Shown: one piece after another, positions 25,759-36,418 of the stretch | Numbering within the stretch: the first letter of the stretch is position 1 | How the letters are laid out: the number at the start of each line of letters is the position of its first letter | NCBI GenBank assembly: GCA_964603335.1 | Contig: CAZRUR010000004.1 | Location: 160-64,159 of the forward strand | Length of the DNA stretch: 64,000 nucleotides | Direction: 5' to 3' | Origin: an uncultured Sangeribacter sp. | GTDB taxonomy: Bacteria > Bacteroidota > Bacteroidia > Bacteroidales > Muribaculaceae | The notes under the pieces: model-generated | The model's input: only the letters and a program-made list of their open reading frames with translations | Told to the model about the DNA's origin: nothing | Database searches by the model: none | Made by a program: the position numbers and the translations under genes

Positions 25759-27345
25759 TTACAAGACTGTAGCCACCGACTTAACGAAGCGGCTTGACTG
25801 GTCGGGGGCTATCGGCAACCCAAGGAGGGTCTGCTGCTCAAACCAATTCAGGATTGGGATTCCAACCTCCACATCATCTATCCAAATCTTCTTATGGTTG
25901 GCGAGGGTGCGCATGTCATCGTTACCCTCTGCCACATAGTCGATTGTGCCAAGAACATAGGTCTTTTCCGGATCCATCTCCTCGCCATCTATCACGGCCC
26001 TTATCAGATTGTTGTCGTTGTCGGTCACCACTCGCACATTGCCACTTATAGCCTCTCCACCTTTCTTCGACCCCACAGCAAGAGCATCTATGATGTCCTG
26101 ACCCTTGATAGAGACGATTGTGAAAAGATTTGAAAATGGGTATGTTGACAGGATCTGACCCTCAGTGATGTCTCCGGCTGGCATATCCTGACGGATGCCT
26201 CCTACATTCATGATTGAAAGATCCACACGAGGAATGTCAACACCACAATTGCGCAGCGAGTCGGCAATATGATTACCATACCAGTAGCCGAAATCGGCTG
26301 TCATATTCGGCATGCCGCCCACACGCGCACTGCTGCTCATGTCGTAGACAGACTGCCCGATAACCCTGGCATTCACTGAGTCTACTCCTACCTTATACGG
26401 TTGAAGAAACTCTATCATCTTCTTGTCGAGCTTTTCTGCGGGGAAACGGCCGGTCACCGGAATCAGCTCATAGACAAAGTCATTACCGTCAGCATCCTTC
26501 AGGTTGTCAAGGTCTACCGTTATCTTGCCTATATATTTACCATACTTTCCGGTCTGCACAACCCTCACGTCCTTACCGTCGGCATTCTTTATAAGCGAGG
26601 GATATTTCTCAGGATGTGCCGGGTCGATAAGTGTGTGTGAATGACCGCCTATTATTATGTCAATGTCGTGGCTCGCGTTTGCAAGCTCCACGTCGGTGGT
26701 CTTCTCATTATCCTTAAGGTATCCTATATGGGTGACTGCCACCACAAGGTCACACCCCTTGTCATACTTCAGGAATGAGGCAATCTCATTGGCTGTGGGT
26801 ATTATCTCCTTGAAATTGACATTGATATTCTTATGCGCTATGATGCTTTCAGGATCAAGGTTCAGTCCGAAGAAACCTATCTTCTTACCCTTTACTTTCT
26901 TTATGACGTAAGGCTCAAACACACCATCCAGTTCTGTGCCGGTGAAATCATAATTTGCAGACAGTCGCGCACCCTTCACAGTCTTGTATTGCTTTGCCAG
27001 TTCAGCCATACCGTTGTCAAACTCATGGTTGCCAAGCACACGGATGTCATATCCCGTCATATTCATTATGGGGTATTCCACATCTCCATGGAAATATTTG
27101 AAATACAGCGAGCCCTGCACCATGTCGCCGGCATCGACAGTAATCACATTTTTCTCAGCTTTCCTGACGGAGTCCATCACAGCCTTGCGCTGGAGTGCGC
27201 CTCCGGTGCCGTCTGCACTCGGCTCAATGGCGGAGTGCGTGTCGTTGGTGTGCAATATCACGAGTTTCTCGGCATTTGCTGAGAAACATAAGGCGGCAAT
27301 CCACAATATGGAGATCACCGCCTTCATTATTGTTGACTTAGTCAT
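25759..27345 (-). CDS. Bifunctional metallophosphatase/5'-nucleotidase
   Basis: LHTNDTHS, DAGD, GNHEFD, GGHSH, C-terminal NVGGIR...PFSN. Confidence 0.9.
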   Translation of the reverse strand: MTKSTIMKAVISILWIAALCFSANAEKLVILHTNDTHSAIEPSADGTGGALQRKAVMDSVRKAEKNVITVDAGDMVQGSLYFKYFHGDVEYPIMNMTGYDIRVLGNHEFDNGMAELAKQYKTVKGARLSANYDFTGTELDGVFEPYVIKKVKGKKIGFFGLNLDPESIIAHKNINVNFKEIIPTANEIASFLKYDKGCDLVVAVTHIGYLKDNEKTTDVELANASHDIDIIIGGHSHTLIDPAHPEKYPSLIKNADGKDVRVVQTGKYGKYIGKITVDLDNLKDADGNDFVYELIPVTGRFPAEKLDKKMIEFLQPYKVGVDSVNARVIGQSVYDMSSSARVGGMPNMTADFGYWYGNHIADSLRNCGVDIPRVDLSIMNVGGIRQDMPAGDITEGQILSTYPFSNLFTIVSIKGQDIIDALAVGSKKGGEAISGNVRVVTDNDNNLIRAVIDGEEMDPEKTYVLGTIDYVAEGNDDMRTLANHKKIWIDDVEVGIPILNWFEQQTLLGLPIAPDQSSRFVKSVATVL

Positions 27346-27349
27346 GAGT

Positions 27350-27397
27350 TGTCAGTTTGTCAATTTGTCAATTTGTCATTATGACAAACTGACAATT
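27350..27397. repeat. TGWCA-N3 array, 6 units, self-complementary
   Basis: TGTCA at 27350, 27358, 27366, 27374; TGACA at 27382, 27390. Confidence 0.9.
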
Positions 27398-27404
27398 TTA
27401 TTTA

Positions 27405-28913
27405 CTAATCCTCTATCAGGTCTTCACCATCCATGTCGGCTGGTTGTGGCAAGCCCATGATGTGAAGCAGGGAGGGAGCCACGTCGGCAAGACGACCATT
27501 CTTCACCTTTGCATCCTTGTTGCCGATATAGATAAACGGCACCGGATTCAGAGAGTGGGCTGTGTTGGGGGTGCCGTCCTCATTGATTGCATGGTCGGCA
27601 TTGCCGTGGTCGGCTATGATGATTGTGCCGTAGCCATGAGCCTTGGCAGCCTCAACCACCTTCTCCACGCAACCGTCGAGAGTCTCTACAGCCTTCTGAA
27701 TTGCCGGATATACCCCGGTGTGGCCCACCATGTCTCCGTTGGCGAAGTTAACAACCACGAAATCATATTTCTCTGAATCAATTGCAGCCACGAGCTTTTC
27801 TGTCACCTCCAGTGCGCTCATCTCAGGTTGAAGGTCGTAGGTTGCTACCTTTGGAGATGGAACAAGGATGCGGTCCTCACCCTCAAACGGAGTCTCCCTG
27901 CCGCCGTTGAAGAAGAAGGTGACGTGGGCATATTTCTCAGTCTCAGCGATATGGAGCTGACTCTTACCCTTACTTGAGAGGTATTCCGCGAGAGTGTTGG
28001 GCACATCAGACTTGCTGAACAACACGTGAACTCCCTGGAATGAGTCGTCATAGGGAGTCATGCAGTAATACTGTAGGTCGGGTATAGGATTCATACCACC
28101 CTCAGAGTGCTGGGTGAGCACGGTGGTGAGCTCTTTGGCTCGGTCGTTGCGGTAGTTGAAGAAGATGACCACATGCCCGGCACCGATTCTGCCGTCAACC
28201 TTGTCGTTGACAATCGGCTTGAGGAACTCGTCGGTGACACCCTCAGCATATGATTCCTCCACAGCGGCAACCACATCTTCTGTGTGCTTGCCTTCTCCGT
28301 AGACAAGGAGATTGTATGCCTCTTTAAGGCGCTCCCAACGGTGGTCACGGTCCATAGCGTAGTAACGACCAGTCACTGAGGCGATTGTTCCGGCGCTCTG
28401 CTTGCAGTGGTCCTGCACCTCGCGAAGGAATCCGGCTCCACTCTTCGGGTCGGTGTCGCGGCCGTCCATAAAGCAGTGGAGATAAACCTTGTCAAGACCG
28501 TAAGTCTTCGCTGTGTCGCAAAGGGCATAGAGATGCACAAGGCTTGAGTGGACACCGCCAGAGGATGTGAGACCCATAAAATGGATGGGCACATTGTTTT
28601 TCTGTGCGTAAGAGAAAGCCTCTTTGATTTCGGGGTTCTCAGCGAACGAACCGTCGGCGATGGCGCGGTTGATCTTTACGAGATCCTGGTAAACCACACG
28701 TCCGGCGCCTATGTTGAGATGACCCACCTCAGAGTTACCCATCTGTCCATCAGGCAAGCCAACGTTCTCACCGCTTGCCTGAAGCTGTGAATGAGGATAA
28801 TTGGCCACAAGGCTATCAATATAAGGAGTAGGCGTATTGAAGATGGCATCATCCTTGCCATGGTCGCCAATGCCATATCCGTCAAGGATTATCAATAATG
28901 CTTTATTTGCCAT
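27405..28913 (-). CDS. gpmI: 2,3-BPG-independent phosphoglycerate mutase
   Basis: [12 protein letters not shown] (start 28913), [37 protein letters not shown]. Confidence 0.96.
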   Translation of the reverse strand: MANKALLIILDGYGIGDHGKDDAIFNTPTPYIDSLVANYPHSQLQASGENVGLPDGQMGNSEVGHLNIGAGRVVYQDLVKINRAIADGSFAENPEIKEAFSYAQKNNVPIHFMGLTSSGGVHSSLVHLYALCDTAKTYGLDKVYLHCFMDGRDTDPKSGAGFLREVQDHCKQSAGTIASVTGRYYAMDRDHRWERLKEAYNLLVYGEGKHTEDVVAAVEESYAEGVTDEFLKPIVNDKVDGRIGAGHVVIFFNYRNDRAKELTTVLTQHSEGGMNPIPDLQYYCMTPYDDSFQGVHVLFSKSDVPNTLAEYLSSKGKSQLHIAETEKYAHVTFFFNGGRETPFEGEDRILVPSPKVATYDLQPEMSALEVTEKLVAAIDSEKYDFVVVNFANGDMVGHTGVYPAIQKAVETLDGCVEKVVEAAKAHGYGTIIIADHGNADHAINEDGTPNTAHSLNPVPFIYIGNKDAKVKNGRLADVAPSLLHIMGLPQPADMDGEDLIED

Positions 28914-29081
28914 ATGTCTATTGTTTTGAGTTTTATTCCGTATATAGCAGCGTTTTAGTCTTAACTGCCACTTATTCAATTTCAATCTGCAAAAATACTC
29001 ATTTTTTTCTTTCTACACAAAAAAATCAACCCATGGCAGCCAATTTTTCATTACCCATTTTTCATTTTTCATTTTTCATTT

Positions 29082-29122
29082 TACACAACAATCCCCCGCC
29101 GAGATGGTGAGGGATTGTTGTG
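29082..29122 (-). terminator. Hairpin downstream of rplS
   Basis: ACACAACAATCCC...GGGATTGTTGTGT. Confidence 0.55.
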
Positions 29123-29146
29123 TTGAGTATGAGTCGGGAAAGGGTT

Positions 29147-29512
29147 TTACTTTTCGCCTTTCTTGACATAGCGCTCTTTGATACGGGCTTTCTTGCCTGT
29201 AAGGTCGCGCAGGTAATAAAGTTTGGCACGGCGCACCTTGCCATACTTGTTGACTGTGATTGACTCGATGAACGGAGACTCGATGGGGAAAATTCTCTCC
29301 ACACCTACACCGTCAGAAATCTTGCGCACTGTGAAACGCTTCTTGTCCTCGTGACCATTGATGCGGATCACTACGCCGCGATACTGCTGAATACGCTCCT
29401 TGTTACCCTCCTTAATGCGGTAAGCCACTGTTACAGTGTCGCCAGGGTGGAACTCATCGAATTGCTTTTTGGGAGAGGCAAATGCCTCTTCCGCGATCTT
29501 AATTAAATCCAT
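29147..29512 (-). CDS. rplS: 50S ribosomal protein L19
   Basis: MDLIKIAEE (start 29512); KEGNKERIQ; GVGVERIFP; [11 protein letters not shown]. Confidence 0.96.
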   Translation of the reverse strand: MDLIKIAEEAFASPKKQFDEFHPGDTVTVAYRIKEGNKERIQQYRGVVIRINGHEDKKRFTVRKISDGVGVERIFPIESPFIESITVNKYGKVRRAKLYYLRDLTGKKARIKERYVKKGEK

Positions 29513-29637
29513 TGTGTTATGACGTTGTTTTGTTTCGCTTGCAATATTCGCGAGCTTCCTTGTCTCGCCAGAGATTGCAAATCCGGCTGCAAAGTTACTA
29601 CTTTTTTCTGTATCTCGCAATAGCAGATTTATTTTTT

Positions 29638-29685
29638 TGACAAAATGTCATTCTGTCATTTTGTCATTCTGTCAATATGACATCA
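29638..29685. repeat. TGWCA-N3 array, 6 units
   Basis: TGACA 29638; TGTCA 29646, 29654, 29662, 29670; TGACA 29678. Confidence 0.9.
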
Positions 29686-29688
29686 TCA

Positions 29689-30711
29689 CTACAGCAACTC
29701 GGCTATATTAAGACCGATGTTGAGCAGAATTGTCGAGCCGCTTTTGTGGGGCTGGGCATAGGCTGCACCCACTGAGAAGGTTCGTGCCTTGAAACCAATA
29801 CCCGCTGAGAACCCTGAAAGGAAGTTTCGTTGATACGTGCTCATGTCGCTACGTGTCTTATAGTTATAGGCAAGGTCGATATATAGGCGGTCGTTCGGCC
29901 GATATTGCAATGCGAAAATCAAATGCCGGAACAGATTCTTTCCAAAACTCGTCTTCAGTTCCGACACATCCTCCCCGTCTTCTCCCTTATGATTATAATA
30001 TGGAAGATTCCAACGCGTCAGATGCCATGCTGTGATTCCGAAAGAGAACGGCGAGGAGCCAAGACCTTTCATGATGCCAAGTTGCACGTCAAACGGAAGA
30101 TGATCATAACTCTCCTCAAAACGCTTCAGTTGTCCCCCCATGTTTTTAAGGGTGATTGAGGCTGAGAAGTCATGGTCGTCATCATAATAGTTAAGTCCCA
30201 GGTCGGCTGCCATGGCAAATGCCGAATATTGCTCATAGTTGCTGTAGATCATCTTCATGGAGATACCTCCCCGCAGACGATAAGTGAAATCATGGGAATA
30301 TGTGCCCTCAAGCACCACATCCTGTGGGGAAAAACTTCCCGTGTAGGAACCAGTCTGGTCATATCCCGCTATCTCGCCATAGTTAAGATAGCGTATCCCT
30401 GCGGTCCAGGCACCATATTCTCTGGCAGCCATGCCGAATCTCACCCCGGCAAAATTGGCGCTCCCGAGATAATGCATGTAGCTGAAGGCTGCCTGCATGT
30501 CGATTTCCGGCCCGACAAGCGCCGGATTCTGCTCAGCAAGAGTCACATCATCATCGATAACGGCAATATTAGTGCCTCCAAGCCCAAAAACCTGACTCGA
30601 TGTCGGGATTTCAAGGAAATCATATGCCGAACGCCCTGTCTGCGCTCTTGAAATCATCGGCACGCAAAGGCTCAGCAGAAGTAATAAATATGTTGGGTTG
30701 TGGTGTTTCAT
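29689..30711 (-). CDS. porQ: Type IX secretion system protein PorQ
   Basis: AYDFLEIPTSS...LGG.NI...NPAL; YLNYG; KNMGGQL..F....LPFDVQLG; RHLIF. Confidence 0.85.
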   Translation of the reverse strand: MKHHNPTYLLLLLSLCVPMISRAQTGRSAYDFLEIPTSSQVFGLGGTNIAVIDDDVTLAEQNPALVGPEIDMQAAFSYMHYLGSANFAGVRFGMAAREYGAWTAGIRYLNYGEIAGYDQTGSYTGSFSPQDVVLEGTYSHDFTYRLRGGISMKMIYSNYEQYSAFAMAADLGLNYYDDDHDFSASITLKNMGGQLKRFEESYDHLPFDVQLGIMKGLGSSPFSFGITAWHLTRWNLPYYNHKGEDGEDVSELKTSFGKNLFRHLIFALQYRPNDRLYIDLAYNYKTRSDMSTYQRNFLSGFSAGIGFKARTFSVGAAYAQPHKSGSTILLNIGLNIAELL

Positions 30712-30897
30712 ATCGTCTCATATTAATAACGCACACTTCCCTTGTCTATTGCATTTTTAAAGCTATCCGGCAATCAGACACCATTTGAAATGTGAATAAA
30801 TGTAAAACTATTTTAAATATGTTAATTCTTTTGCCATTCGTCTTGCATAATTCAGAGAGGAGATTTAAATTTGCACTGCAAAACGACTAACAACAGA

Positions 30898-31341
30898 ATG
30901 AAAACTCCTTTAATCCTTTTACTATTGGCGGTTGTCACCGGAATCCTGACTGCAACGGACTGCGCGGCGCAGACTTGCCGCATCAAATCCGGAGTCAGTG
31001 CCGATGGACATATCAGCTATATAGAGGTTTTTGAGTATGATTTCGTGGAAGAAAAACCCGTGTTTCCCGGTGGTGGCACAGAACTTGTGAATTTCATCAA
31101 CAAAAACCGACGCTACCCGGCAGAGGCTTACTCTATGGGTATTGAGGGAAGGGTGACCTGTTCGTTTGTGGTCAATTGCGATGGCTCCATCAGCAATGTC
31201 TCTATAATCAGAGGCGTGGAGCCAACCCTCAATAAGGAGGCTATGAGGATTATTTCTAAGATGCCCAACTGGTCGCCTGGTAAAATTGAAGGCAATGCAG
31301 TGCCCGTAAGGGTGATTTGCGCCGTCCCTTTCAGAAAATAG
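30898..31341 (+). CDS. TonB C-terminal domain protein
   Basis: VEEKPVFPGG...YPAEA...IEGRV...FVV..DG...W.PG. Confidence 0.85.
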   Translation: MKTPLILLLLAVVTGILTATDCAAQTCRIKSGVSADGHISYIEVFEYDFVEEKPVFPGGGTELVNFINKNRRYPAEAYSMGIEGRVTCSFVVNCDGSISNVSIIRGVEPTLNKEAMRIISKMPNWSPGKIEGNAVPVRVICAVPFRK

Positions 31342-31381
31342 TTCGACATAATATATTGAATAGTTTTGATTTTTAGCACAG

Positions 31382-31415
31382 AAAAAAAGGACTGACCGTG
31401 AGGCCAATCCTTTTT
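31382..31415. terminator. Bidirectional terminator
   Basis: AAAAGGACTGACC-gtga-GGCCAATCCTTTT between convergent genes. Confidence 0.65.
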
Positions 31416-31476
31416 GTTTTATCAGGATATAAGGTCTATCCGCTCCTCGGAAAGGAAATGGCAATTTTTTAGAGCC

Positions 31477-31683
31477 TTACACAAGTGTAATCACAATGTC
31501 CTCGTCATCCTGAACGATGACAATCTTTCCCTCACGGCCAAGCCATCCAAGAGCCGCCATGATCTCATCTTTTTTCAATTTGGTTGCCTTTTTCACGAGT
31601 TTGAAACCAAGAGTGTGGGTGTCAGAGCTCTCGAGCGCTTTGTAGACCTCACCGGCCCAGGTTCCAATTGATTCAATGTTCAT
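31477..31683 (-). CDS. Small winged helix-turn-helix protein (DUF2582-like)
   Basis: IGTWAGEVY..L...AALGWLGREGKI. Confidence 0.85.
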   Translation of the reverse strand: MNIESIGTWAGEVYKALESSDTHTLGFKLVKKATKLKKDEIMAALGWLGREGKIVIVQDDEDIVITLV

Positions 31684-31959
31684 TGCTTTTTTATTTTTGG
31701 TTAAACAAAATGTATATTCATTTTAGGGAACTCCTGTCGTTTTTGTGAATTATCATCCACTTTTCGCGACAAAAGTAATAAAAATTTTTATATTTAACGT
31801 CATTTTTGCCAAATTACTTGCATTCAGCATCGAAAAATGTCATTTTACTATCCTATTTTTATTAATTAACAATCATTTTCCCTAAATTGTTAAGAATTTA
31901 AGAACGATTAACTAACTTTGCACTCCAGTAGCCGTTCTTTTCTAAACGGCACTGCCCTT

Positions 31960-32949
31960 ATGAGCAAAAAAAAGAGACCATCAACCGAAATAACCAACTC
32001 GCTCGGCACAGGCAGAGTGATACGCAACACCGGCAGTTCTTATATCGTCCGTCTTGAATCGGGCGAGGAACTCACATGCCGCATTAAGGGGAATTTCCGA
32101 ATCAAGGGGATACGCACCACTAACCCTGTGGCTGTGGGCGACTTTGTGGAGGTTGCACAAGCTGCCGACGATGCCGATTATATCGTTGCCATTAAGCCTC
32201 GTGAGAATTATATAATAAGGAGAGCTTCCAACCTCTCCAAGGAGAGCCACATCCTCGCTGCCAACATAGATCTCGCCATCCTTGTGGCCACTCTTCGCGA
32301 ACCTGTCACCACAACAACATTTATCGACCGCTTCCTTGCAACTGCTGAGGCTTACTCCGTAAAAGCCGCTCTTGTAATCAACAAAATGGATATGTGGGAC
32401 GAGGATGACCGTGAACTCGCCGACGCTCTTAAAAACCTATACACCACAATCGGCTACCCGGTGTTTTTCCTTTCTGCCACAACCGACGAGGGTTTGTCTG
32501 AGTTCAGGGAATTTATAAAAGACAAGGTGTCGCTTCTTGCCGGGAATAGTGGCGTTGGCAAGTCTTCTATCATAAATGCTCTTGTGCCTGAGGCCAACTT
32601 GCGCACTGGTGAAATCTCTGACATACACCACACCGGCACACACACCACCACATTCTCTGAGATGATCAACCTTCCAGAGGGTGGAGCAATTATCGATATA
32701 CCCGGCGTAAGGGGATTCGGCACCATTGACTTCTCTCCGAAAGAAGTGGGACACTTCTTCCCCGAAATTTTTAAATTTTCGAGAGATTGCCGCTACAGCG
32801 ACTGCAAACACACCGGTGAACCGGGCTGCGCTGTAATCCCGGCAGTGGAAAACCACTACATATCTGAGAGCCGCTATAATTCCTATCTCTCAATCCTTGA
32901 GGAAGCATCTGAGGAAGAGGGCGCTGACAAATACCGCAAACCGTATTAG
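31960..32949 (+). CDS. rsgA: Ribosome small subunit-dependent GTPase A
   Basis: AVGD, NKMD, GNSGVGKSS, HTTT, C-terminal CRYSDCKH..EPGC. Confidence 0.95.
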   Translation: MSKKKRPSTEITNSLGTGRVIRNTGSSYIVRLESGEELTCRIKGNFRIKGIRTTNPVAVGDFVEVAQAADDADYIVAIKPRENYIIRRASNLSKESHILAANIDLAILVATLREPVTTTTFIDRFLATAEAYSVKAALVINKMDMWDEDDRELADALKNLYTTIGYPVFFLSATTDEGLSEFREFIKDKVSLLAGNSGVGKSSIINALVPEANLRTGEISDIHHTGTHTTTFSEMINLPEGGAIIDIPGVRGFGTIDFSPKEVGHFFPEIFKFSRDCRYSDCKHTGEPGCAVIPAVENHYISESRYNSYLSILEEASEEEGADKYRKPY

Positions 32950-32952
32950 CCT

Positions 32953-33711
32953 CTACATAGTGGCGAGTATGTTCTCGAGTTCGGGAGCACTTACCCTCAC
33001 TGTAATCTCACCGTCTTTGGCTACGGATATGTTGCCAGTCTCCTCACTGACTATTACGCACACGGCATCCGTCACCTGACACATACCCAATGCCGCACGG
33101 TGGCGGAGTCCTAAATTCTTGGGGATGTTCATATCATGGCTCACCGGAAGGATACAACCTGCCGACACAAGGCGGTTGTTGGCTATTATCAATGCTCCGT
33201 CATGAAGTGGTGAGTTCTTGAAGAAGATATTCTCTATCAGGCGCATATTTATGTTGGCATCGATTATGTCGCCGGTCTTCTCATAATCACCAAGTGGCAT
33301 CTTGCGCTGGAACACTATCAAGGCACCGATCTTCGACTTGCTCATACTCATACAGGCATACACCACGGCAAGGATGCGTGAATGGTCTTCCTCATTGCTC
33401 TTGTCATGCTTAAACCACCGTCGGAAAAAATGAAACCTTCCCTGAGATCCTATATCTATAAGGAATCGCTTGATCTGATCTTGAAAGAGGATTACTATGA
33501 TAATCAATCCGATGCTCATAAACTTATCGAGCACCGAACCCGTAAGACGCATGTTGAACACCTCGGATGCCAACACCCATAGCGCAAAAAACACCAGCAC
33601 GCCATAAAACAGACTCAGCGTGCCACTGTTTTTCATCATCCTGTAGATATAAAACAGAAGAATGGCAATCAGCAGGATGTCTATGATGTCTTTTATTCCG
33701 AAGCTTATCAT
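32953..33711 (-). CDS. cdaA: Diadenylate cyclase
   Basis: 3 TM helices, SPLHDGA, GLRHRAA, VSEETG. Confidence 0.93.
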   Translation of the reverse strand: MISFGIKDIIDILLIAILLFYIYRMMKNSGTLSLFYGVLVFFALWVLASEVFNMRLTGSVLDKFMSIGLIIIVILFQDQIKRFLIDIGSQGRFHFFRRWFKHDKSNEEDHSRILAVVYACMSMSKSKIGALIVFQRKMPLGDYEKTGDIIDANINMRLIENIFFKNSPLHDGALIIANNRLVSAGCILPVSHDMNIPKNLGLRHRAALGMCQVTDAVCVIVSEETGNISVAKDGEITVRVSAPELENILATM

Positions 33712-33766
33712 TAGTCGTTAGTCATTAGTCGTTAATCGTTAGTCGCTACTCGTTGGTCGTTAGCAA
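33711..33766. repeat. TTAGTCG 7-bp array, 8 units
   Basis: TTAGTCG TTAGTCA TTAGTCG TTAATCG TTAGTCG CTACTCG TTGGTCG TTAGCAA. Confidence 0.88.
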
Positions 33767-34586
33767 GTAGATTGATGATTTCTACAGCTTCTTTCACGTC
33801 GTGGACGCGCAGAATGTTGGCTCCGCGCTCAAGAGCCATTGTGTTGAGGGCTATTGTCCCGGTAAGGCTCTCCTCTGGAGTGATCCCCAATTTACGCCAA
33901 ATCATCGACTTGCGTGAGAGTCCTGCCAATACCGGCATTCCCATCTTGCAGAACTCGCCAAGCTCCCGAAGCATCTGGAAATTCTGCTCAACAGTCTTTG
34001 CAAACCCGAATCCGGGGTCAATTATTATGTCATTGACACCCAATCCACGCAACTCATAGCATTTCTTCGCCAAGTCTGTAATCACCTCAGCAGTAACATT
34101 CTGATAATCTGTAAGCGACTGCATTGTGGCAGGAGTGCCGCGCATATGCATAAGCACATATATCGGTTTAAGGTCTCCCACCATCAGCCACATATCCGGG
34201 TCAAGTGTGCCGCCTGAAATATCGTTGACAATATCAGCGCCCCACTCCTCGATGCATTTTCGCGCCACATCGCTGCGGAAGGTGTCGATGCTTACTATAG
34301 CCTCCGGCCATTCGGCCCTTATAATCTCAAGTCCTCTCGCCAGACGGCTGTATTCCTCATCTGCCGATATGTCTGCAGCTCCAGGGCGTGAAGAATAACC
34401 TCCAACATCAAGGATATCAGCACCCTCCTCACGAACGGCAACCACTCGCGACCGTATCTCTGCGGCACTACCCAATCGGCTGCCACTGAAGAAACTGTCG
34501 GGAGTGACGTTGATGATTGCCATAACCTTAGGCGTGGCAAAATCCATCAACTGCCCCTTGATATTTATCGTCAACCCTGTCTGCAT
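33732..34586 (-). CDS. folP: Dihydropteroate synthase
   Basis: NVTPDSF, DVGGYSSRPG, SIDTF, DPGFGFAK, SRKS, RVHDV. Confidence 0.96.
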   Translation of the reverse strand: MQTGLTINIKGQLMDFATPKVMAIINVTPDSFFSGSRLGSAAEIRSRVVAVREEGADILDVGGYSSRPGAADISADEEYSRLARGLEIIRAEWPEAIVSIDTFRSDVARKCIEEWGADIVNDISGGTLDPDMWLMVGDLKPIYVLMHMRGTPATMQSLTDYQNVTAEVITDLAKKCYELRGLGVNDIIIDPGFGFAKTVEQNFQMLRELGEFCKMGMPVLAGLSRKSMIWRKLGITPEESLTGTIALNTMALERGANILRVHDVKEAVEIINLLANDQRVATND

Positions 34587-34618
34587 CTATAACCTATAAC
34601 CCATAACTATAACCTATA
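34587..34618. repeat. CTATAAC array filling the typA-folP spacer
   Basis: CTATAAC CTATAAC CCATAA CTATAAC CTATA. Confidence 0.85.
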
Positions 34619-36418
34619 TCAGCTCCTGTTCGCTCTCTTGCGCTCATTCTCATCGAGAATGATCTTGCGCAGACGGATATGATTGGGAGTTACCTCCACA
34701 TACTCATCCTCCTTGATATATTCAAGAGCCTCCTCAAGAGAGAACACTACCGGAGGAACAATCCTTGCCTTGTCGTCAGCTCCGGATGCACGCATATTTG
34801 TGAGTTTCTTCGACTTAGTGACGTTGACCACGATGTCGTTGTCTTTGGCGTTCTCGCCGACAACCTGTCCGGCATAAACCTCCTCTTGAGGGAAAATGAA
34901 GAATCTGCCTCGGTCTTGGAGTTTGTCGATGGCATACGCATAGGCAGTGCCGGCCTCCATGGCTATCAGAGAACCATTCGTGCGTCGCTCAATCTCGCCC
35001 TTCCATGGCTGATATTCCAAAAAGCGGTGTGCCATAATAGCCTCTCCGGCTGTTGCGGTCAACACATTGCTGCGCAACCCGATGATGCCTCGCGACGGAA
35101 TTACAAACTCTATGTTGATTCGGTCGTTCTGGGTGTCCATCGACACGATCTCACCCTTGCGGCGCGTAACCATATCCACCACTTTCGAGCTGTATTCCTC
35201 CGGCACGTTGATGGTCAACGCCTCAACCGGCTCACATTTCTTGCCATCAATCTCCTTAATAATAACCTGTGGCTGACCCACCTGAAGTTCGTAACCCTCG
35301 CGACGCATAGTCTCGATAAGGATTGACAAATGAAGCACACCGCGTCCGTAGACTGTCCATTTATCCTCATTGTCACCTTTCTTAACCCTCAACGCAAGGT
35401 TACGGTCGAGTTCCCTTTCCAGTCGGTCAGCAATATGACGAGAAGTGACATACTTACCGTCCTTGCCAAAGAATGGTGAGTCGTTGATGGTGAAGGTCAT
35501 CGACATTGTAGGCTCGTCGATGGCGATGCGCGGAAGTGGTTCCGGATTATTGACGTCAGACACAGTGTCGCCAATCTCGAAGTTCTCAAGACCCACGATG
35601 GCACAGATATCACCACTGCTCACTTCCGACACTTTCTTGCGTCCCATACCCTCAAAGGTGTGTAATTCCTTGATTCTCTGCTTAGATACAGAACCATCTT
35701 TCTTACATAGGGCAATATCCATACCCTCGCGGAGTGTGCCCCGATGCACCCTTCCCACTGCGATTCTGCCTACGTAGCTGCTGTAGTCAAGACTGGTGAT
35801 AAGCATCTGCGGGTCACCCTCAATCTGTTTCGGGGCTGGTATGTATTCTATGATGGCGTCAAGGACTGCCGTAATGTCATTGGCGGGTTTCTGCCAGTCG
35901 GTCGACATCCAATTCTGCTTTGCAGACCCATAGATGGTTGGGAAATCGAGCTGGTCTTCTGTGGCGTTAAGGTTAAACATCAGGTCAAACACCATCTCGT
36001 TGACCTCATCTGGACGGCAGTTTGGCTTGTCGACCTTGTTGATCACCACCACAGGCTTAAGACCCATCTCAATGGCTTTCTGAAGCACGAAACGGGTCTG
36101 TGGCATAGGGCCCTCAAACGCGTCGACAAGGAGAAGGCATCCGTCTGCCATATTCAGCACACGCTCCACCTCGCCGCCAAAGTCAGCGTGTCCCGGGGTG
36201 TCGATAATGTTTATCTTGGTGCCTTTATAATTGATTGATACGTTTTTCGATAAGATTGTTATACCTCTTTCTCTCTCGAGGTCGTTATTGTCGAGTATAA
36301 GTTCGCCGGTCGACTGGTTGTCACGGAAAAGATGGCCGGCAAGAAGCATTTTGTCAACCAGTGTGGTCTTGCCATGGTCGACGTGAGCGATAATCGCGAT
36401 GTTGCGTATGTCCTGCAT
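34619..36418 (-). CDS. typA: Translational GTPase TypA/BipA
   Basis: [53 protein letters not shown]. Confidence 0.97.
   Translation of the reverse strand: MQDIRNIAIIAHVDHGKTTLVDKMLLAGHLFRDNQSTGELILDNNDLERERGITILSKNVSINYKGTKINIIDTPGHADFGGEVERVLNMADGCLLLVDAFEGPMPQTRFVLQKAIEMGLKPVVVINKVDKPNCRPDEVNEMVFDLMFNLNATEDQLDFPTIYGSAKQNWMSTDWQKPANDITAVLDAIIEYIPAPKQIEGDPQMLITSLDYSSYVGRIAVGRVHRGTLREGMDIALCKKDGSVSKQRIKELHTFEGMGRKKVSEVSSGDICAIVGLENFEIGDTVSDVNNPEPLPRIAIDEPTMSMTFTINDSPFFGKDGKYVTSRHIADRLERELDRNLALRVKKGDNEDKWTVYGRGVLHLSILIETMRREGYELQVGQPQVIIKEIDGKKCEPVEALTINVPEEYSSKVVDMVTRRKGEIVSMDTQNDRINIEFVIPSRGIIGLRSNVLTATAGEAIMAHRFLEYQPWKGEIERRTNGSLIAMEAGTAYAYAIDKLQDRGRFFIFPQEEVYAGQVVGENAKDNDIVVNVTKSKKLTNMRASGADDKARIVPPVVFSLEEALEYIKEDEYVEVTPNHIRLRKIILDENERKRANRS

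Noticed and set aside
28914-28985. N-terminal extensions in the ORF track (gpmI, rplS, rsgA, ribE, rpsG, pulA, REase)
   Set aside because: They use alternative starts upstream of, or overlapping, promoters; downstream ATGs match the family N-termini
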